From NCBI GenBank assembly GCA_035063585.1, contig JAPSGB010000001.1, positions 1-64,000 of the forward strand: a stretch of 64,000 bases of DNA. Reading direction: 5' to 3'. The position numbers were made by a program, and so were the translations under genes. This document shows, in pieces, positions 58,110-64,000 of the stretch. The notes under the pieces were generated by a model. It searched no databases. It was given only the letters and a program-made list of their open reading frames with translations, and was not told the DNA's origin. Every line of letters begins with the position of its first letter. Positions within the stretch are counted from its first letter, which is position 1. The stretch is from Polyangiaceae bacterium. Lineage in GTDB: Bacteria > Myxococcota_A > Polyangia > Polyangiales > Polyangiaceae.

Positions 58110-59050
58110 CGCGGTGGTTCGTCGCGGGCGGCGCGGGCTTCGTCGGCAGCCACCTGGTGGAGCGGCTCGTCGAGCGCGGAACGGTCACCGTCTACGACAA
58201 TCTCTCCATCGGGAAGCCAGCGTTCATCGCCGCGCCGCTCGCGAGCGGAAAATGCGAGCTCGTCGAGGGCGAGCTGCTCGACCTCGACGCGCTCGCGAAG
58301 GCGATGGCCGGCCACGACGTCGTGGTGCACCTCGCCGCCAACCCGGAGGCGCGCTGGGGCCTCGAGAACCCACGCCTCGATCTGGAGCAGGGCACCATCG
58401 CCACCTGGAACGTGCTCGAGGCGATGCGGCGGACGGGGACCGAGCAGCTCGTGTTCTCGTCGTCGGGCACCATGTACGGCGACACCGGCGCACCGTGCGC
58501 CGAGCTCGATCTCGGGCATTTGCCCATCTCGCTCTACGGGGCGAGCAAGTTCGCCTGCGAGGCGCTCATCAGCGCCTGGGTCGAGTGCTTCGGGCTCCAG
58601 GCGTGGATCTACCGCTTCGGCAACGTGGTCGGGCCGCGCGGGACGCACGGAGCGGCGCTCGATTTCTTCAAGAAGCTCCGTGACTCGGGCGGCGTCGAGC
58701 TCGAGGTGCTCGGCGACGGTCGACAAGCCAAGCCGTACGTGTACGTCACCGACTGCGTGGACGGTATCCTGTTCGGCTTCGATCACGCCCGCGAACGGCT
58801 CAACGTGCACAACATCGCGCCGCCCGACGCCACCAGCGTGCGGCAAATCGCCGAGCGATGCGTCGCCGAGTCGCCGTGGCCGGGCGCGAAGATCCGCTAC
58901 ACGGGCGGCGAGCGCGGGTGGCCGGGCGACGTGCCGCAGTCGCGGCTCGCTCCGGACAAGCTCGCGGCGCTCGGCTGGCGCACCTCACGTTCCAGCGACG
59001 AAGCCGTAGCGGACGCGGTGCGCGCGCTCGCGCGAGAGGTCTTCGGCTGA
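58106..59050 (+). CDS. NAD-dependent nucleotide-sugar epimerase/dehydratase
   Basis: GGAGFVGSH, HLAANP, FSSS, YGASK, RFGNVVG, LGDGRQ. Confidence 0.9.
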   Translation: MTRWFVAGGAGFVGSHLVERLVERGTVTVYDNLSIGKPAFIAAPLASGKCELVEGELLDLDALAKAMAGHDVVVHLAANPEARWGLENPRLDLEQGTIATWNVLEAMRRTGTEQLVFSSSGTMYGDTGAPCAELDLGHLPISLYGASKFACEALISAWVECFGLQAWIYRFGNVVGPRGTHGAALDFFKKLRDSGGVELEVLGDGRQAKPYVYVTDCVDGILFGFDHARERLNVHNIAPPDATSVRQIAERCVAESPWPGAKIRYTGGERGWPGDVPQSRLAPDKLAALGWRTSRSSDEAVADAVRALAREVFG

Positions 59051-59075
59051 GCTTTGCGGGCGGCGCGCGCGTCGC

Positions 59076-59375
59076 TCAGAAATCCGGGGTGGGGTTGCCC
59101 TGGCAGCCGGTTCCGACGTCGACGCCGCAGGGGCCGTACGGAGTGACGCAGCAGGGCTCGCCCGCGCCGTGGCTCGGGCAGAACGCCTCGAGGCAGCTCG
59201 CGCCGGTCGCGCCGGCCGAGCCGCCGGTGCCGGTCGAGCCGCTGTCGACGCCGCCGGCGCCCGCGAGTTCGAAACCGAAGGTCGACTCGTCGTCCGCGGC
59301 GCACGCGGACGCGACGAGCGCGCCAGCGCCAACCACGACGAGGAGCGCGAGCCCTCGCGGCCAACGGGTCTTCAA
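59076..59375 (-). CDS. Small lipoprotein with 6-Cys C-terminal module
   Basis: TTG start with SD GAGGAGG, lipobox ASAC, Gly/Thr/Ser linker, C-x3-FCP..PCC.TP.GPCG.DVG.GCQ..PDF. Confidence 0.7.
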   Translation of the reverse strand: MKTRWPRGLALLVVVGAGALVASACAADDESTFGFELAGAGGVDSGSTGTGGSAGATGASCLEAFCPSHGAGEPCCVTPYGPCGVDVGTGCQGNPTPDF

Positions 59376-59542
59376 GGCAGCCTCCTCGCCACAGTGTACG
59401 GCACCTCTCTAACGCGCTCGGCTGGCTCTCGTCGAAGGAAAAGGCGCGCTCTCGGCGATTCTTGGTTCGAGCGGCGCGTCGCGCGGGCCGGCGCGGCTGG
59501 CGCGTGCTCCCTGCACGGGAGCACGCGCGCGGCGCTCACGGC

Positions 59543-60556
59543 TCAGTTACAGAACCACTGGCTGTTGGTGCAGAGGCAGGAGCGACCCTGCCCGTAGGGG
59601 CAGCTCGTGCCGTTCGGCAAGGAGCAGGAGGTGCCAGCCGCCGGTCGCTGCTGCGGACAGGTCGCCGCGCTCCCGCCCGAGCAGTTCCAGCGGCTACCGA
59701 AGCCGCCGCCCATGGACCCTTCGCAGGTGCAGTCGTCCGCACCATACGAGCAGGTCTGCCCCGTGAGCGAGCACTGGCCGTTCTGGTTGGGCTTGGTGTC
59801 CGGGCAGGTGCCGCAGCGCCACGAAGGCGAGCCGAACCCGCCCTGACCGCACGCGCACTCGGTCTTGCCGCCGTTGTAAGAGCAGCTCATGCCAGGGACG
59901 GAGCATTGGGTGTTTCCACCGCCCGGCGCGGTCGCCGGGCAGCTCCCGCACTGCCAGCCGAGAGTCTGGAAGCCGGTGCAGACGCACTCGTCATTGCCGA
60001 AGCTGCAGCGCTGATCCCGCGTGGTGCACGCCGCGTCATCGACCGGGTGCGAGGACGGACAGGCGGCGCAGTGCCAGGTGGGCTGAAAGCCACCACCGCC
60101 GGCGTCGATGGTGCAGCTGCAGCTGTCCGTGCCGTAGGTGCAGGCGGCACCGAACGCCGAGCACTGGTCGCCGTCGGTCGGCGCCGTGCCGGGACACTGC
60201 GGCGGGTTCGTGTTGCCGCCGCCGCCGGTGCCGGAGGCGCCGCCCGTGTTGGGCGCGCCGGCATTGCCGCCGGCGCCGCCCGAAGGCGCGCCGGCAGAGC
60301 CGCCGGCGGAGCCACCTGCGCCGCCCGTGTTGGGCGCGCCGGCGGAGCCACCTGCGCCGCCCGTGTTGGGCGCGCCGGCGTTGCCGCCGGTGCTCGTGCC
60401 GCCGCCGGTGCTCGTGCCGCCGCCGGTGCTCGACCCGGCCGCGCCCGCGCCGCCGTCCGCCTTGGGCTCACCATCTTCGCTGCTACCGCCGCAGGCGACC
60501 GCCAAGATGAGCGCGGTCGCTCCGAGCGCGGCGCCTCTCAGAAAACTACTCTTCAT
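59543..60556 (-). CDS. Cys-rich repeat lipoprotein with Gly/Thr/Ser linker
   Basis: SD GGAGGA, lipobox AVAC, five repeats CP...P.....C...G..C.YG...C.C.....W.C. Confidence 0.8.
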   Translation of the reverse strand: MKSSFLRGAALGATALILAVACGGSSEDGEPKADGGAGAAGSSTGGGTSTGGGTSTGGNAGAPNTGGAGGSAGAPNTGGAGGSAGGSAGAPSGGAGGNAGAPNTGGASGTGGGGNTNPPQCPGTAPTDGDQCSAFGAACTYGTDSCSCTIDAGGGGFQPTWHCAACPSSHPVDDAACTTRDQRCSFGNDECVCTGFQTLGWQCGSCPATAPGGGNTQCSVPGMSCSYNGGKTECACGQGGFGSPSWRCGTCPDTKPNQNGQCSLTGQTCSYGADDCTCEGSMGGGFGSRWNCSGGSAATCPQQRPAAGTSCSLPNGTSCPYGQGRSCLCTNSQWFCN

Positions 60557-60639
60557 GGCTCGTTCCTCCAAAATCGCTCACTCGTCGAATATCTGCGGGT
60601 TGCCGCGCGCGGAGCGCGTTCGCGCCGCGCGTGCCACGA

Positions 60640-61044
60640 CTAGAAGTCCGGCTGGACGTTGACGCTCTGGCAGCCCATGCCCACATCCATGCCGCACGGC
60701 CCGTCGGGCGTCATGCAGCATGGGCTCCCCGAGCCCGATGCCGGACAGAACGACGGATCGCAGGTGCCGGCGCTGCCTCCACCGGTGCCGCTCGAGCCAC
60801 CGGTACCGCTCGAGCCGCCGGTGCCACTCGAGCCGCCGGTACCGCTCGAGCCGCCGGTGCCGCTCCAGCCGCCGGTGCCGCTCGAGCCGCCGGTGATCGA
60901 CTGATCGGAGCCGGCGTCGAGCCCTGCGGCGCCACCGCTCGCGCTGAGCGGGTCCTCGGTGCTCCCGCCGCAAGACGGGCCGAGGATCACCAGCCCGAAC
61001 GCGACGGCGCACAGCGACACCCCGCGGACCACGCTCGCTTTCAT
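60640..61044 (-). CDS. Small lipoprotein, paralog of 59076-59375
   Basis: SD GGAGG, GPSC lipobox-like, (GGSSGT)n 18-bp repeats, same 6-Cys PDF-terminal module. Confidence 0.75.
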   Translation of the reverse strand: MKASVVRGVSLCAVAFGLVILGPSCGGSTEDPLSASGGAAGLDAGSDQSITGGSSGTGGWSGTGGSSGTGGSSGTGGSSGTGGSSGTGGGSAGTCDPSFCPASGSGSPCCMTPDGPCGMDVGMGCQSVNVQPDF

Positions 61045-61273
61045 CTTGACCTCCGCTCGAAACAAGCAACCCCGCGACGACCGCCGCGATCACCGAGAGG
61101 CTATTCCTCTTCCGGTCGGTCCGCCAGTTTGATCGGTGCGCCGCCGCGCGATCCGTGGCGAGTCGCTCCGCTCGACCGAGCCAGCGCTACAGCATCGCTG
61201 TATCGCTCCAGCATGGACGTCATCAGCGCGCCCCACGCAGGCGTGTGTGCGCCGCACCGACATCGCCGCTGCG

Positions 61274-62125
61274 TTACGTGGGGCGGGCGCGCGAGCGAGC
61301 CTTGTCGCGCGCGCTGCCGGCGGGGCGCGTCACTTTGCCCTTCGCGCGAGTAGCTCGCGGACGCGCGTTGCGTTCATGGAGGAGCGCGAGGCCGTCGAGC
61401 GTGAGGTCCTCGTCGACCGCCTCGACGGTCGAGGCGTGGCGAGCGATGAGCGGCGCGAGTCCGCCGGTAGCGATCACTCGGCACGGGAAACCAAGCTCGG
61501 CGACGAGCTTCTTCACCAGGCCGTCGACCAGCGCGGCGTACCCGTGCACCACACCGGACTGCAGCGAGTGTGTGGTGGTGCGCCCGACCACGCTCGGCGG
61601 CTCGGCGATCTCGATGCGCGAGAGCTTGGCCGCGCGACCAAGCAGCGCGTCGAGGCTCACCTGGATTCCGGGCACGATGACGCCGCCCAGATACTCGCCT
61701 CGCGGCGAGATGCAGTCGAAGGTGGTGGCAGTGCCGAAATCCACGACGATCACGCCCGCGCGATAACGCTCGAAGGCGGCGACCGCATTGACGATGCGAT
61801 CAGCGCCGACGTCGCGGGGACTCTCGTAGAGGACGGGCATCCCCGTCACGAGGTCCATGTCGACCAGCATCGGCTCGCACGAGAACGCGTGGCGGATGGC
61901 GTCCGCCATCACGTCGGTGAGCGGCGGCACTACGCTGGCGATGATGGCGGCCGCGATGCGGTATCGTTCCAGGCCGCGCAGCTCGAACATCTGGTGGAGG
62001 AGGACGCCGTACTCGTCGGCGGTGTGCGTCCGCACCGTGGAGGCGCGGAAGGTGTGCCTCAGCTTGCGCCGCTCGTAGAGCCCGAAGGTGACGTTGGTGT
62101 TGCCGATGTCGACCGCGAGGAGCAC
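61274..62125 (-). CDS. coaX: Type III pantothenate kinase
   Basis: LLAVDIGNTN, ASVVP, VGADR, VVDFGTATTFD, YLGG.I.PG, VIATGG. Confidence 0.95.
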   Translation of the reverse strand: MLLAVDIGNTNVTFGLYERRKLRHTFRASTVRTHTADEYGVLLHQMFELRGLERYRIAAAIIASVVPPLTDVMADAIRHAFSCEPMLVDMDLVTGMPVLYESPRDVGADRIVNAVAAFERYRAGVIVVDFGTATTFDCISPRGEYLGGVIVPGIQVSLDALLGRAAKLSRIEIAEPPSVVGRTTTHSLQSGVVHGYAALVDGLVKKLVAELGFPCRVIATGGLAPLIARHASTVEAVDEDLTLDGLALLHERNARPRATRAKGKVTRPAGSARDKARSRARPT

Positions 62126-62138
62126 GGCGCGGAACCTA

Positions 62139-64000
62139 TCACCGCACCGTCACCTTGGCGATCACGTCGCCCGAGGCGAGCGCGTCCCAGTCGCCGCTCG
62201 CGTGGCCGATGAGCGGGTAGTCACCGTCGAGCTGCGGGTACGGCCCGAGCGTCACGAAGAGCTGGCTCGAGCCGGTGTCGGTGCCGGGCGCGCTCAGCGC
62301 GACGCCGACCGCGCGCTCGGTGAACGCGAGCGGAGAGAGCTCACTCGGGAGCGGCGCCTCGCCCGCGCCGCCGTAGCCGTCACCGCCGGGATCGCCGAAC
62401 TGCGCCACGAAGCCCGGCACCACGCGGTGCGCGACGACGCCATCGAAGAATCCAGCGCGCGCGAGCTCTCGGAGCCGCGTCGCGGCGAGCGGCGCGAGCC
62501 GTCCGTCGAGCGAGAGCACGAGGCTTCCGGCGTCGGTCTCGAGCACGAGCTCGACCGCGCCGGGCGGCGGCGCGCTCGGCACGGGCGGCGCGCTCGGCGC
62601 CGGCCGCGGCCTCGGGCAGGCGCGTTCGCGCTCGCCGAGCAGCCGGAGCGCCTTCTCGGCGTGCAGCCGGAGGTAGTCATTCGGGCTGGTGCAGAGCGCG
62701 AGGATGCGCGGTTTGAAGCTCAGCAGCCCAAGCGAGGCGGCGGCGTCCGCGAGCGCCGCACGCACCTCGACCGCGTCCGGCGGACGCTCCGCGTCGAACG
62801 CGCGCGTGAGCGCCTGGACCACCTCGGGCGCGACCTCGAGAGCGCGCGGAGCTTCGGCGCCAGCGTCGGAGGGCTCTCGGGGCGGGGCGGCGCGGCCGGC
62901 GTCGGGCGCGGCCGCGCGGGACGGATAGGCCGCGATGAGCTGCGCCGCGGTCGCCACGACGCCGCCCGCGCTCGCGCCGAGCGCCTCGGCGAGCACCGCG
63001 GCGGGCGCCTCGATCTCCGGGTGCGACGGCATGAGCCCGAGCGCCGCCTCGCGCACCACGCTGTCCGCGCTCGCCGCGTAGCCGAGCCAGCGGCGGTGGC
63101 GCGCGCGCGTGATGGGCGCGCGGCCGAGCACGCGCACGGTCGCCAGCGCGCCCGCGCGCCCGTTCGGCTCGGGATCGCAGGCGACGAGCTCCCTCGAGAG
63201 GGTGGCGCTGCCCGCGAGCAGCGCGGCCGCGCCGCAGCGGAGCGCGACGAGCCGGCGGCGGAGCGGCGCGCTCGCGCCCTCCGGCAGCGGGCGGCTCGCG
63301 AGCGCGGCGAGCGCCGCCCGCGCCGCGCCGGGCGCGGGCGACTCGAACCCGTCGAGCACGGCGCGGAGTGGCGCCCAGGCGCCGGTCGTGAGCGCCGCGT
63401 CGTCACCGGGCGGCGGCGCGAGCGCTACGAGCGCGCGCGCGAGCGCGTCTTGACCGGGCGCGCCGAGCTTCGGGAGCTCGCGCGCCGCGCTCGCCCGGAG
63501 CGACGCCGCGCGCGCGCGGTCGGCGACGAGCGCGCCGAGGCGCTCGGCCGCCGCGCGCGCGAGAGAGAGCGTCTCCGGGTCGCGCTCGCCCGTCGCGAGC
63601 CGCGCCGCCGCGGACGCGCCGGCAGCGCCGAGCGCGCGCGCCGCGAAGTCGACCGCGATGCCCGAGCGCTCGAGCGAGCGCGCGGCGGTCTCCGCGAGGC
63701 GCCGCTCGATGGGCGGCGTGAACTTGGGCAGACGCGAGAAGGGGAAGAGCGCGTGCGCGGGGCCATCCTCCCGCGCCGCAGCGTCGAGCAGCGCGACCAA
63801 GGACGGATCGTCGAGGTGGCCGGCGCGCGCCGCGAGCAGCCCGAGCCCGAGCGCGCCCGACTCGGCGAGCGTGCCCGGCTCGGCGAGCCACGCGGCGAGC
63901 GTGCGCTCGGCCTCACCGCCGCCGCAGCGCGCGAGCGCGCCGGCGATGGCGAGCACGGGGTCGAGCGCGCCCGGCAGCTGGGTGAGCTGGCCGGTATCCG
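62139..64000 (-). CDS. HEAT-repeat protein with C-terminal cyclophilin-type PPIase (5' end outside window)
   Basis: GFFDG...HRVVPGFVAQFGDP.GDG.GG, DTGSSQLFVT, LDG.Y..IG; frame is open to the window edge. Confidence 0.85.
   Translation of the reverse strand, partial: DTGQLTQLPGALDPVLAIAGALARCGGGEAERTLAAWLAEPGTLAESGALGLGLLAARAGHLDDPSLVALLDAAAREDGPAHALFPFSRLPKFTPPIERRLAETAARSLERSGIAVDFAARALGAAGASAAARLATGERDPETLSLARAAAERLGALVADRARAASLRASAARELPKLGAPGQDALARALVALAPPPGDDAALTTGAWAPLRAVLDGFESPAPGAARAALAALASRPLPEGASAPLRRRLVALRCGAAALLAGSATLSRELVACDPEPNGRAGALATVRVLGRAPITRARHRRWLGYAASADSVVREAALGLMPSHPEIEAPAAVLAEALGASAGGVVATAAQLIAAYPSRAAAPDAGRAAPPREPSDAGAEAPRALEVAPEVVQALTRAFDAERPPDAVEVRAALADAAASLGLLSFKPRILALCTSPNDYLRLHAEKALRLLGERERACPRPRPAPSAPPVPSAPPPGAVELVLETDAGSLVLSLDGRLAPLAATRLRELARAGFFDGVVAHRVVPGFVAQFGDPGGDGYGGAGEAPLPSELSPLAFTERAVGVALSAPGTDTGSSQLFVTLGPYPQLDGDYPLIGHASGDWDALASGDVIAKVTVR

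Noticed and set aside
60770..60895. 18-bp repeat array as a non-coding element
   Set aside because: Encodes the (GGSSGT)n linker of a lipoprotein, with synonymous variation

Overview
High-GC chromosomal window from a myxobacterium, most likely Sorangiineae/Polyangiaceae-like. That assignment is inferred from the Cys-rich lipoproteins, the kinase-sigma54 activator fusion and the gene content. The window starts with the 5' end of tuf and the tRNA-Thr/Tyr/Gly/Thr cluster. Housekeeping and metabolic genes include trmB, a Ni/Co ECF transporter, cysQ, prkA, ppk1, Moco genes in three sub-clusters, DAHP synthase, coaX and a cyclophilin. It also holds two convergent sigma54 enhancer-binding proteins, four GT-C-like membrane proteins, many lipoproteins and ovothiol synthase ovoA. 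No phage, IS, integrase or CRISPR array was seen. The strongest candidate novelties are: (1) an unannotated ~105-nt sigma54-promoted sRNA with two hairpins and a C-rich anti-Shine-Dalgarno loop (57323-57454, Pxr-like architecture); (2) pervasive apparent leaderless genes (TAnnnT 6-9 nt before start codons); (3) ovoA coupled to a SelJ-like, apparently catalytically altered ADP-ribosylglycohydrolase and an FNR-like flavoprotein; (4) a NarM-MoaC fusion; (5) paired lipoproteins with a knottin-like 6-Cys C-terminal module ending in PDF; (6) a hidden 52-aa membrane peptide upstream of the ECF operon. All family assignments are motif recognition by eye; no database search or folding computation was run.
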